A stretch of DNA of 63,535 nucleotides, the filler included, from Octopus bimaculoides (Eukaryota), in the NCBI RefSeq assembly GCF_001194135.2. It is 5 parts of 4 records of this genome, joined end to end, with 100 filler letters (N's around TTAATTAATTAA, not from the genome) between each part and the next. Parts side by side here need not be neighbours in the genome. Positions count along the whole stretch, not along the records: positions 1 to 8,340 come from NC_068981.1; positions 8,441 to 25,885 come from NC_069001.1; 3 more parts are not named here. One strand, written 5' to 3'. The notes under the pieces were generated by a model. That model made no database searches and had not been told where the DNA came from. It saw only the letters and a list, made by a program, of their open reading frames with translations. The number at the start of each line of letters is the position of its first letter. The stretch's first letter is position 1. Below, piece by piece: positions 1 through 11,400 of this stretch. The translations under genes were made by a program, and so were the position numbers.

Positions 1-20
1 TATATATATATATATATATA

Positions 21-590
21 TGTCAGGTCACTTATGAGGCTCTCACAAGCGCTACTGGTAACATGGAATCTACAACCTGTTGCATGGTTGATTTGTCGTT
101 GACTAAACTGGCACCCTAACCAGGCTACTCTGGCGAAGAGGGTTGCTAGAAACCCAGCAGGATTAAAACAAGACCTGTTGAAAGGTCGGATGAACCTAGT
201 GCAGGTTCAATGGCTATCTAGCAATAGCACGGGTACGCAGAAATTCTAGGATGGTGTCCGGCATGCTAGAAGGCCACTGGGCGTGAGGCACCCCTCAACT
301 TCTGTTGAAGCATGTCTCTAGGAGAAGGTCACTCTGATATAAAACCAGATATTGCAGGGAATAGCATTGGACATTTTAGGGATCTTTGCTTTGTGCTAGT
401 GATCATGGTACTCCCACATCCCTGAGCCTGCGACACATATTGGAACCAGACATCTTGAACTGGCTTGTCTCTAGATAATGTCAATAGAGTGGAGAGGGTC
501 TATGAGGTGTCGCGCAAACCTTATTGGACCTAAAACTCTGCACAGGCATTGCTGACCTCTGCTCAATATGTGCTGCTTATTTTTCCCTAT
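21..590 (+). mobile_element. Probable 5' UTR fragment of an RTE-clade LINE
   Basis: Contains TCTAGGAGAAGGTCACTCTGATATAAAACC (~317-346), resembling the RTE 5'-UTR motif CTAGGAGAAGGAAAACTCTGA..AAACC, plus several short hairpins (GACCT/AGGTC, TGAACCT/AGGTTCA). No ORF; ends at an N gap. Confidence 0.5.
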
Positions 591-652
591 NNNNNNNNNN
601 NNNNNNNNNNNNNNNNNNNNNNNNNNNNNNNNNNNNNNNNNNNNNNNNNNNN

Positions 653-1000
653 TATGTGCGTGTACATGTGTGCGCGTATGCATCTGTGTACATGCGTATG
701 CATGTGTGCATGCCTATACGCATGTATGTATATATGTATATATGTATGTATGTGAGTATCACGTATGTACTTATGGATGTATGTGAGTATGGGGTAAGTA
801 TGTTGACGTGTTTGTGTGTGTGTGTGTGTACATATGTATGTACATGTGAACGTATGTTTATGTACTGATATGTGCGTCAGTTCAAGTTGTATACATGACT
901 GTTACTTTGTTGAAGGTTGTATATATGCACACATATACATATGCATATACACATATGTAAACGCACACACACATATATGTGTGTGTGTGTGCGTTTGTCC
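653..1000. repeat. Degenerate (TATG)/(TG)/(CA) microsatellite tract
   Basis: Directly visible alternating purine-pyrimidine low-complexity sequence. Confidence 0.9.
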
Positions 1001-1104
1001 CTCTCACCATCGTCTAACGGTGAATGGAACCAATGTCTTAGATACATTTATGCACCAATGTCTTAGATACATATATATACACGTACACACAATCATATTG
1101 TTAC

Positions 1105-1210
1105 CATTTTCATAAGGTCTGTGGGTATGAATTTTGTATACCAATATTGTTCGAAAAGAAAAAGAGTCAAGATTAAATGCAAGGGTATACATAATTGAAT
1201 TTTTCAATGA
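1105..1210 (-). CDS. Candidate downstream exon of the hemopexin-domain gene (tentative)
   Basis: Acceptor tatttcag|, donor G|GTAACA, 106 nt open in phase 0->1: SLKNSIMYTLAFNLDSFSFRTILVYKIHTHRPYEN. Its aromatic spacing matches blade 2 (KLDKAWKYYYDFQKRRFNLAPDYPK). It needs an intervening phase 1->0 exon. Confidence 0.3.
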
Positions 1211-1258
1211 CTGAAATAGTATGTAATTAAAAATGCGACATTTCATGTGTGACAACCT

Positions 1259-2228
1259 AACATTTTAGATAATATTTTAAGCAAGTTAAATAGTGAATTA
1301 AATTTACAGATATGGGGAAATAGTAAGTCAGTGATAGATTAGTTCAAAGGAATTAGCCGTAAACACAACTGGAAACTTACGCAGTTCGATATTGTCGATT
1401 TTTATCCGTCAATATCCAGGCTTTTACTTCTTAAAGCATTAGACTTTGCCAAACAGTATGTAACCATGAATAACTCGGATTTAGATATTATCCTGCATGC
1501 AAGGAAATTCCTCCTTTTTTATGATGAATCCACCTAGGTTAAAAAGGGTGAATATTCTCTATTTGATGTACCAATGGAGGCATATGATGGGATGGAGTTG
1601 TGTATGCTTATAGGAACTTATATTTTGCATAACCTACATCTAGAATTCCCTTTTATAGATGCAGAATTATACAGGGATGACGGTGTTATAGCCACCCGTA
1701 ATTTAAATGGCCATAGATAAACTTAGGAAGAATCTGATCACTTTCTTCCAAAGAATGGGCTTACGGATTACGATAGAAAGTAACCTTAATAACGTAGATT
1801 TTTGTAGATATTAACTTAGATTTGCAATTAGATAAATTTAAACCCTACCGTAAGCCCAATGAAAAGCTATGTTATATTAACAAGGAATCAAACCATCCAC
1901 TCGTAATTCTTAAGAACCTAGTTAGTAATATAGGAAGGCACTTATCATCCATATCTTCAGATGAGACAGCGTTTCAAAATGCCGCGCCGTAATAATGCAC
2001 TAAGGAACAGTGGATTCTCGGAGAAGATCCAGTATAGTCAAACTAATTCTAACAATAATAGACCACGTAGAACCAGAACTAGGAAAGTTTTGTGGTATAA
2101 TCTGGCATTTAATATTGCTGTAAGAACAAATATAGGTAAGGAATTCTTAAAACTAGTTTCTAAAGTAGCCATAAGTTCTATAGAATTTTTATTTTAATAG
2201 AACACTGAAGGTTAGGTATTCTTGTTGC
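1259..2228 (+). mobile_element. Decayed Penelope-like element (Neptune/Nematis-type) reverse transcriptase and linker
   Basis: Translation gives FDIVDFYPSI (1385-1414), FDVPMEAYDGMELC, LYRDDG (YRDD at 1670-1681), KPYRKPNEKLCYINKESNHP, VLWYNLAFNIAVRTNIGKEFLKLV, and TLKVRYSC. W->TAG stops at 1340 and 1535, plus frameshifts. Confidence 0.9.
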
Positions 2229-2231
2229 AAT

Positions 2232-2483
2232 GGAGCTGTATACAAGTATGAAGATGGTATTCTGAAAGCAGTAGCTCATGTTTCGCGTTTATTATTGCCG
2301 ACTGAGAAAAGTTACAGTCAGATAGAAAAGGAGGCATTAGCCATCATATTTGCAGTATAAAAATTCCATAAATTTATGCATGGAAGAAGGTTCAGTCTGC
2401 TGACAGACCTTCGCCTATTATTGTCGATCTATGGATCAAAAAAGGGTGTCCCTACTCATACAACCAACAGATTGCAGTTCTGG
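2232..2483 (+). mobile_element. Ty3/Gypsy LTR-retrotransposon RNase H fragment
   Basis: GAVYKYEDGILKAVAHVSRLLLPTEKSYSQIEKEALAIIFAV*KFHKFMHGRRFSLLTDLRLLLSIYGSKKGVPTHTTNRLQFW matches the Gypsy RNase H pattern (YSQIEKEALA...F.L.TDH..L). Confidence 0.9.
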
Positions 2484-3720
2484 AGAACCTGCGACCATTG
2501 TTCTGTCCAAGCAGCATGTGAGTGAAACGAAGACGGGCTTTTTGATTCTTCTTGGAGGTCATAGGGAATTAATGTTGCCGGGTTGGCCCGCACAGTAGAG
2601 ACCCAGAGTGGCAATGACGCCACAATTGGATCTGTGGCTGTTAAAGGGTGGACTAGGGATGCCGTGGCTGAAAATACGCAAGTTTGCGCTAAGGCTTAAG
2701 CACCTCTAGCTTTACCTGGATGGTGAGCAGATGTTTTTCCTGCCACAACTGACCTCCCTTCGAGAATTAGGTCCTTGGATCAAACGTAGACCTAAGCCGG
2801 GTGAATACCGGCAATACCGGCGGTAGACCTATGCTGGGTGAATACTGGTGGTAGGAATTCCACAGCGGATTTCTGTAGTGGGCAGGTAGAGTACATGTCA
2901 GACGATGTCCTAGGGAAAACGCTGGGCTTCGACAGGAATCAGTTGGTCAACCTGTTTGGAAGGACTTTTGGGTCGGGGTATCTGGATAATCACCAGAAAT
3001 CCCTGGTTACCGATCCACCTTACCTATTCAAGAGAAGCTGTCGAAGTATGGTTATGCTGTCCTACCGACATGCCCGAGATGTGGGCGGGACAGTGAAACT
3101 GTCCCGCACGCCTTCGTGCAATGTGCGGAGATTACGAGACTGATAGCCTATGTCGAACTGCTGTTGTCAACGACAAGAAGAGTACAGCTATCAGCTGAAT
3201 CTATTATCGAGACTATGCAGCCGTCCACGCTTAACAGGGAGAGGAAGGCCTGTTTTCTCTGCATAGTGGCCATACTGAAAGAAACAGTGTGGAAGACGTG
3301 TGAAAGAGGAATTGCAACAGGTACCTTTATCTCTGGCCGAGGGTTGGTTAGTTATTTTAACCATCACCTTAATAGTAAAATCCGGCTGGAAAGGAGATAT
3401 CTGTCGCACAGTACGTTTGTAAAATGATGGATGAATGTAGTAAGAGAACTGAGAACAAATGGAAACCGGTTAAGTACAATCATGCGACCGGAAAAAAGGG
3501 GGAGACGTCGGTCAACGGCGGTGGGTAAATTAACCCAGGGAATTTACTCATACGTGAAAAATTTTTAAAATCTTATACCATCTCATCATATTCATTCAAT
3601 TTTCATTCGATTTTATTGTAAATTACAAATTTTTATTGTAACGTTCAGTTCGTACCTATCTATATTTGTCTGTCTTTGTATTGCCCCCTCTTTGTATGTG
3701 GCAATTTCAGACATAAAAGA
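2484..3720 (+). mobile_element. 3' part of a Tx1/L1-clade LINE (ORF2 C-terminus and 3' UTR)
   Basis: GGLGMPWL at 2647, FALRLKHL, and a C-x2-C-x8-H-x4-C finger (LPIQEKLSKYGYAVLPTCPRCGRDSETVPHAFVQC) continuing into ORF 3116-3427. A T-rich 3' UTR ends in ATAAAAGAA. Confidence 0.8.
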
Positions 3721-3829
3721 ACTGAACGCTGCTCTGGATTATGTTTTATTTATAGGGATTTATTGTTTATACTGTAAGGTATTGTTGGAATAATTATTAT
3801 TGTTACACTTGGAATTGTTATTGCTGAGA

Positions 3830-4100
3830 AGGATTTGCACCCTCTCCCCAAGAAACCAACTTCGGCTATACCTGCTCCAGACGGGTTGGTATGTATCCTG
3901 CTCCAATAATAATAATAAGTATAAAGCTGAAAGTGTAAGTTAGGTACTGGATTTGCTAACTCCTTATCAATGGTCCATAGATGTCCTGTTTATCTTGTAT
4001 TTTTCTTACCACATTCATGTCCAGATGAGAGTTGATTTCCACAACAGAACATACCTTTTCTTTGTGGTCACACATAATGATATCTGGCCAGTTGTGTCTT
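3830..4100 (-). mobile_element. Restriction-like endonuclease (RLE) remnant of an early-branching non-LTR element
   Basis: HNWPDIIMCDHKEKVCSVVEINSHLDMNVVRKIQDKQDIYGPLIRS*QIQYLTYTFSFILIIIIGAGY follows the PD..E..P.D.N..K..K..Y..L..IIGALG pattern. Confidence 0.7.
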
Positions 4101-4215
4101 ATGTATGTATGTGTGTATGTATGTATGTATGTATGTATGCATGCATGCATGCATGCATATATATGCATGCATGTGTGTGTGTGCATGAATGGCTATATAT
4201 GTGTGTATGTTTTGA
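4101..4215. repeat. (TATG)n/(ATGC)n/(TG)n compound microsatellite
   Basis: Directly visible. Confidence 0.9.
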
Positions 4216-4382
4216 TGTCTTTGCATGTGTATTTGTGCATACTAGTGTTTGATATGTTGAGTTTTTGCCAACTGAAAAAAATTGCCATTTTCATAAATAG
4301 ACAGTGATAAAACAAGTAGCAGATTGATGTCAGTACTAGTCTCTGTATGAGTCACCAATAACTGAATTAAATAGTAACTCAC

Positions 4383-4539
4383 CTGTAAATAGGAACACAA
4401 CATTATTAATACTAATTGCTGCTTGAATTTCATCACACACACGGTAACAACATTTGTACCAATTCTTCTTGGGATAATCAGGTGCCAAATTAAATCTTCG
4501 TTTTTGGAAGTCATAATAGTATTTCCAGGCCTTGTCCAG
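4383..4539 (-). CDS. Exon of MMP-like hemopexin-domain gene (end of blade 2, start of blade 3)
   Basis: Acceptor catattttag|, donor ACAG|GTGAGT; 157 nt, phase 0->1, open: LDKAWKYYYDFQKRRFNLAPDYPKKNWYKCCYRVCDEIQAAISINNVVFLFT. Hemopexin motifs WKY..YPK and IQAAI..VFLF; in phase with the 5971-6125 exon. Confidence 0.8.
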
Positions 4540-5970
4540 CTAAAATATGTAATTAAGTAAATACTTCATTTTTCCAGAAAGGGAACTAAATAAATAGGTT
4601 TATTAGTAATTATATAATCAAGCAATGTAGAATAGTGATAAAATTTTGGTCGAACTATTGTTTCTTTTTGAGCTCATTTCGTTGTTGAATTATTGCATTT
4701 AGTTTCTCATTGTTTATGTAATTTCTGGCGAAGCAGCCTGGTAGAAAAATATCTTACAACAAAATATATGAAGTGAAAATCTCAGAGATGCAAGTTCATT
4801 GGGAATATTCATTCCATTCAAAGGAGAGAAGTCCACAAAAGAATGAATTTTATTCTCAACAGGAGAAAACAACAGAAAGTTATTGACTTTTGTTTTCAAT
4901 TGTCCATTATTTTACTCATAATCTATGTTCGGAAATGGATATGACTTTTAATAACAAAATATAAGTCAAAGATAACTTTCAAATGAGGAATGTCGCAAAA
5001 ACTTGAAAGTTAATTACAAATGTCATGAATTTTTCAATGCAAATAACTTAAACAAACGACAGAAATTGTTTAATGAATTTTAGTAGCATTTATCATCTAC
5101 AGACAAACAAGTTTATTGGACACCAAATAACAAGCCTGTGATCAGTATTGTTTATTCTGTTACGTCAACTGGATTTTGTTTAAGGCTACAAATACACAAT
5201 ATATTTCCAGCTTCTAAGACACTGACTCAGAAAGCATAAATGTAAAACTGATAAACATTTATTTTATAACACTAATTTTGAAGCCTTTTGTTGGCTTGAA
5301 TCATGATAGAAACACTAAGAACTTCACTCTATTTGCAATTGCAATATTGACTTTAAACAAACAAGTAAGATACTTTGTTGTGGTTGTTTTTAAACCCAAA
5401 ATAAATTTTGAATGACCAATGGCATTCAATCCATGATCATTCCATCTTATGTCATTGTTGTTATTGTGGTTTTATAATAAATCAACTATGATTTAGTAGG
5501 GCTATAACTAAAAGTGTTCAGGATATGACATCATTGACTTTTTTCACAAATGGTGTACCCAGGACAACAATTATCTAACATGTAGCTTGAAGGAAGTATG
5601 GTTTCTATTCCTATTAGGTCGACAAACCATGTAGCAGACCCCCACCTTCTTATTGACTTGCTGATCCCATCTGTTTTCAGATACTGCAGCCAGGGTTACA
5701 TTATCCTATATGTCTTCCGTGTTTTAACACATTAGGATATATAGTAGATTACTGAACAAGTTTGAGGTTCTCTCATTTGCTTGGGTTTTGTAGCATGCAT
5801 GGCTTTCTTTTAGAAGAATTAGCAACATATTTGATAGATATGGAATTGTTTAGAGAAATTTTGTAGGTTAATGTTTGGGTATAGCAGTTACAGTTCTGGT
5901 GAGGGTTATAACTGGACAAAGTATATTAGAGAAGACATGTTTGAAAAATATATTTTTAAATATTACCAAC

Positions 5971-6125
5971 CTTGATAAGTATTGTAAAGCTTAGTTTTCC
6001 ATCAGAGTCTTCGCTGCTGAGATTTATTGTGAATGCAGCATCTATGGAATTTGGGCCCTTAGGAAAAATATCTTCAATTTGTTCTGTAATCAAGCGACCT
6101 TTGGACCAATAAGCAACTTTCTTAT
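5971..6125 (-). CDS. Exon of MMP-like hemopexin-domain gene (blades 1-2)
   Basis: Acceptor catcatttcag|, donor AAG|GTTGGT; 155 nt, phase 1->0: (D)KKVAYWSKGRLITEQIEDIFPKGPNSIDAAFTINLSSEDSDGKLSFTILIK. The hemopexin signature I..FP.GP..IDAAF is present. Confidence 0.85.
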
Positions 6126-7139
6126 CTGAAATGATGCATGAAAATCAAGGTCTTGCATTTCACCTTTTTTTGGACTGATATATTCCCTCAATCTGGAATT
6201 GCAAAATTTGGCAGGTCAGCTTATTAGTTGTATTGTAATGATATACTAAGATTACTATAATGCAGCACAGTTGTAACTTCCTCTCCTAGAAAAATTTTAA
6301 AACTTCTGGAATGTACCTCGTATTTACATTATAATCAACTTTATAAAACTAGCTATGGCATTTAAAAGCACTTTATCATTCATCACTGTATATTCAGCTC
6401 ACATAAGCCAGCCACTATTTAATTGTTTTAAGGGTGATAAGAAGTCTTTTAACTTCTCTTTAAATAATTACACAAAATTTAAAGTAGTCTCATAACTACC
6501 TAGCACAGTACTAGTTACAGAGGGTGTCAGCCACTCTATTTACCAAAGGGCCTTGTCAAAATTAAAATAAAACACATTTCTATCAGCAACAAGTATAGGT
6601 TATTTGTGTGAAGTGTAACTGTGTTGTATAATACAAATATTCATAAAAATTAACCTGCATTCAATGAGTTTTGTGACACTTGGTGAGGCTGAATCTAACT
6701 TGGCTGTCCAAGTGAACGATCATATCAAAATACATTGTTTCCAATTTGACCCCCTTTATAGTTAAAATTTGTTGTGAAAATTGGATGAATATGTGGTAAT
6801 ACATTAAATTGGCAACATGACTAGATATAATTCTGAGCTTCATAAAATTTAATTGACATTATGAGCAGAAGAGCTTCTTCAGCAGTAGAGCTTTTTTATG
6901 GTTATTGGAAATGTTTCATTAACAATTTATCTAGTTTACTTTTAATCCTCCATAGGTAAATAATATGAGTACAAAATAAAATCTCTAGGAAATATCAATA
7001 ATGTACGGTTATCTGTCTTCTTAAATGAATATTTGATACATGTGGTGACCTATTTGTTTTAAAACTAAGCATGATTGACTAATATGGTTGGTTCAGATTT
7101 CCAGTTGAAGTCCTTACACTTCACTTAATACATATATAT

Positions 7140-7191
7140 ATCATCATCATCATCATCGTTTAATGTCTGCTTTCCATGCTAGCATAGGTTG
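7140..7191 (-). mobile_element. 3' tail of a SINE/RTE-type repeat ending in (GAT)n
   Basis: Reverse complement reads CATGGAAAGCAGACATTAAACGATGATGATG, the same tail type as 63420-63470. Confidence 0.6.
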
Positions 7192-7379
7192 TGTGTGTGT
7201 GTGTGTTAGTCTGCACAGAAATAATGTTTTGAAGAAGTTAGTGGGTACTGCCAGAAAGATTAGCATTCCCTGCACCACACTATAAGAAGATGAACACTTT
7301 GAAAGGAGGCACTATCAACAAATGGCTTATCAGCTACTTTTATTTGAAAAAGCGATCATCAAGCAAGTTGAGGATTTAC

Positions 7380-7571
7380 CTGTGAATATAAGAAGTTTAT
7401 CATCCATGGCAACTGTAAGAGCATTCACTGAGACATCACATAAATCTTCCTCCTCTGGGGAAAGTGTAGTGTAAGTTGTTTTCACATATGAAGCAGTTTC
7501 TTGTGTTGTCATAGGAATAGTTGTCTTGGGATTTTTATCAGTTATTAGTTCTTTAGTGCTGACTGGTTTTC
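7380..7571 (-). CDS. Exon of MMP-like gene: Thr-rich hinge and start of hemopexin domain
   Basis: Acceptor tgatgttag|, donor ACAG|GTAAAT; 192 nt, phase 1->1: (G)KPVSTKELITDKNPKTTIPMTTQETASYVKTTYTTLSPEEEDLCDVSVNALTVAMDDKLLIFT. A Thr-rich linker followed by DLC..VNA is the MMP hinge-to-hemopexin layout. The phase-1 Gly start fits the usual ...LYG| boundary after an MMP catalytic domain. Confidence 0.8.
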
Positions 7572-8181
7572 CTAACATCAATAAACAAAGTATACATTTT
7601 TTTAAAGCAACAACAATATCGCAGACATTATTTTGAGTACAAAAGAAACAGCAACATAGGCACATACGTGCCCCCCCCCCACATGTATAGAATATAAAGA
7701 ATGTCAGGAGGTATGAGATAAATATATTTATTTCACCAGTTGATATTCATAAGATTATGATAATTTCATAGCCAATATCATAGAAAATGATTTATTTGTG
7801 TATAATAAATTATTTTACATGTCTGTATTAGTGCATATGTTATAGATTATATAATATAATTGTACAATTTATAAGGTAATACAGGTGATACTGAATAGTT
7901 GTTATGTTAGGTTGTCTATATATATGAAAATTTGCTTTTTTTTCATGTATATATGTTTATAGGTCTATATGAATGTGTGTATGCCTCACCTCATACATGA
8001 AGGTGGAGACATACAAGGAAACCGAACGAAAACAAACATGGAGGGTCATTAGACCAGAACGAGAGGAAAATAGTGAACGCTGGGAGAAATATTTTTTTGA
8101 AAAGCGAAAGAATAGAAGAGAGAGATAAAAACACGTCCGTTCTTTCGAAAGATGGACGATGGTCACGTATGAGAAACGAGA

Positions 8182-8221
<40 letters not shown>

Positions 8222-8340
8222 AGAGAGAAAAATAGAAACAGGGGGAGAGAGAGACAGATAGAAAACGATGAATGGGGGAGTGGGAGGAAAAGGGAATTAG
8301 AGAAGGTTAGAGGAAGAAAACAGTATAGAGAGTCGCATCA

Positions 8341-8440
8341 NNNNNNNNNNNNNNNNNNNNNNNNNNNNNNNNNNNNNNNNNNNNTTAATTAATTAANNNN
8401 NNNNNNNNNNNNNNNNNNNNNNNNNNNNNNNNNNNNNNNN
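8341..8440. other. Assembly join spacer (44N-TTAATTAATTAA-44N)
   Basis: Exact 100-bp spacer with a six-frame stop linker at 8385-8396. Confidence 0.95.
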
Positions 8441-11400
8441 TTCTTCGTTCGTTCGTACGTACTATCGTTGATTCGTACATACATACGTTCGTTCGTTCAT
8501 TCGTACATACGTACGTACGTTCGTTCATACGTACGATTGTTCGTTAATTCTTTAATTCTTTCGTTCATCTGTTCGTTCGAACGTAAATTCGTTCGTTCGT
8601 ACGCATTTACGTACGTATGTACGTTCGTTTTTTCTTTAGTTCGTTTGTTCTTTCTTTCGTTCGTACGCACGTTCGTCCTTTCGTTCGTTCATTCGTTGGT
8701 TCATTCTTTCGTTAGTTCGTTCGTACGCACGAACGTTCGTTTGTTCATTCGTGCGTACGTACTTAGGTACCTACTTACGTACGATCGTTCGTACGGACTT
8801 ATCTACGTACGTACGTACGTTCGTTCGTTAGGTCATACGTACGCATGTACGTACGTTCCTTTGTACGTCCGAACGTACGTACGTACGATTGTTCGTGCGT
8901 ACGTACGTACGAACGTTCGTCCTTTCGTTCGTTCCTTCGATCGTACGGTCGTTCGTTCATTCATACATACGTACGTACGTTCGTTCGTCCGTTCGTTCAT
9001 ACGTACGTTTGTTCGTTAATTCTTTTGTTCTTTCGTTCATCTGTTCGTTCGTACGCATTTACGAACGTATGTACGTTCGTTTTTTCTTTAGTTCGTTTGT
9101 TCTTTCTTTCGTTCGTACTCACGTTCGTTCGTTCGTACGTACATACGTACTTTCGTCCGTCCGTACGTACGTACGTTCGTTTGTTCATTCGTTGGTTCAT
9201 TCTTTCGTTCGTTCGTTTGTTCATTCGTGCGTACGTGCTTACGTACGATCGTTCGTTCGTACGTACGTTCGTTCGTTAGTTTGTACGTACGCATGTACGT
9301 ACGTTCACACGTTGGTACGCAGGTACGTACGCACGTCGTACGTATGTACGTACCTTCGTTAGTTCTTTCGTTACTTCGTTCTTACGTACGTTCGTTCGTT
9401 CATTCGTACGTATGTACGTACCTACATACGTACGTTTGTTCTTTCGTTCGTTCGTACAATCCTTAATTTCGTTCGATCCTTCGTTCATACGTACGTACGT
9501 TAGTTCGTTCATTCTTACGTTCATTCGTACGGACGTACGTTCATTTGTTCGTTAGTACGTACGTACGAACGTTCGTACGTTCGTTCTTTCGTACATACGT
9601 AATTAAGTACGTACGTTGTTTCGTTCGTACATACGTACGTTCATTCGCTCGATCGTTCTTTCGTACGTACGGACGTATGAATATGTTTCCGTTCGCTCAT
9701 TCGTTCGTCCGTACGTAAGTTCGTTCGTTGTTCGTTTGTACGAATGTACTTTGGTTCATTCATTCGTTGGTTCATTCTTTCGTTAGTTCGTTCGTTCGTT
9801 CGTTCGTACGCACGAACTTTCGTTTGTTCGTTCGTGCGTGCGTACTTAGGTACCTACTTACGTACGATCGTTCGTTCGGACTTATCTACGTACGTACGTT
9901 CGTTCGTTAGGTCGTACGTACGTTGGTTCGTTGGTTTGTACGTCCGAACGTACGTACGTACGATTGTTCGTGCGTACTTGCGTACGTTCGTCCTTTCGTT
10001 CGGTCGTTCGTTCATTCGTACATACGTACGTACGTTCGTTCGTTCGTCCGTTCGTTCATACGTACGTTTGTTCGTTAATTCTTTCGTTCTTTCGATCATC
10101 TGTTCGTTCGAACGTAAATTCGTTCGTTCGTACGCATTTACGTACGTATGTACGTTCGTTTCTTCTTTAGTTCGTTTGTTCGTTCGTTTGTAGGTACGTA
10201 CGTATGTACGTTCGTTTGTTCATTTGTGCGTACGATCGTTCGTTCGTACGTACTTATCTACGTACGTACGTTCCTTCATTAGTTTGTACGTACGCATGTA
10301 CGTACGATCACACGTTGGTACGCAGGTACGTACGTACGCACGTCGTTCGTACTTACGTACGTATGTACGTACCTTCGTTAGTTCTTTCGTTACTTCGATC
10401 GTTCTTACGTACGTACGTTCGTTCGTTCATTCGTACGTATGTACGTACCTACATACGTACGTTTGTTCTTTCGTTCGTTCGTACAATCCTTAATTTCGTT
10501 CGATCCTTCGTTCATACGTACGTACGTTCGTTCGATCGTTCTTACGTTCGTTCGTTCATTCGTACGTTTGTTCTTTCGTTCGTTCGTACAATCCTTAATT
10601 TCGTTCATTCGTACGGACGTACGTTCGTTCGTTCGTTAGTACGTCGGGACGAACGTACGTACGTTCCTACGTTTGTTCTTTCGTACATACGAACGTACGT
10701 ACGTTCCTGCGTTCGTTCTTTCTTACATACGTAATTACGTACGTACGTTCTTTCGTTCGTACATACGTTCGCTCGTTCCTTCATTTCTTTTCTTCGTTCG
10801 TTCGTACGTACTATCGTTGATTCGTACATACATACGTTCGTTCGTTCATTCGTACATACGTACGTACGTTCGTTCATCCGTTCGTTCATACGTACGATTG
10901 TTCGTTAATTCTTTAATTCTTTCGTTCATCTGTTCGTTCGAACGTAAATTCGTTCGTTCGTACGCATTTACGTACGTATGTACGTTCGTTTTTTCTTTAG
11001 TTCGTTTGTTCTTTCTTTCGTTCGTACACACGTTCGTTCGTACGAATGTACGTTCGTCCTTTCGTTCGTTCATTCGTTGGTTCATTCTTTCGTTAGTTCG
11101 TTCGTACGCACGAACGTTCGTGCGTACGTACTTAGGTACCTACTTACGTACGATCGTTCGTTCGTTCGTACGGACTTATCTACGTACGTACGTTCGTTCG
11201 TTAGGTCATACGTACGCATGTACGTACGTTCGTTTGTACGTCCGAACGTACGTAGTTCGATTGTACGTGCGTACGTACGTACGTTCGTCCTTTCGTTCGT
11301 TCCTTCGATCGTACGGTTGTTCGTACATACGTACGTACTTTCGTTCGTTCGTCCGTTCGTTCATACGTACGTTTGTTCGTTAATTCTTTCGTTCTTTCGT

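Noticed and set aside
21-300. HDV-like ribozyme at the RTE 5' end
   Set aside because: Known for some RTEs, but I could not find an L3/P1.1 motif (YCCNCGNY) or a consistent nested pseudoknot; only simple hairpins are present.
8385-8396. TTAATTAATTAA as a homeodomain site or biological motif
   Set aside because: It is always centred in exactly 100 bp of N, so it is an artificial linker.
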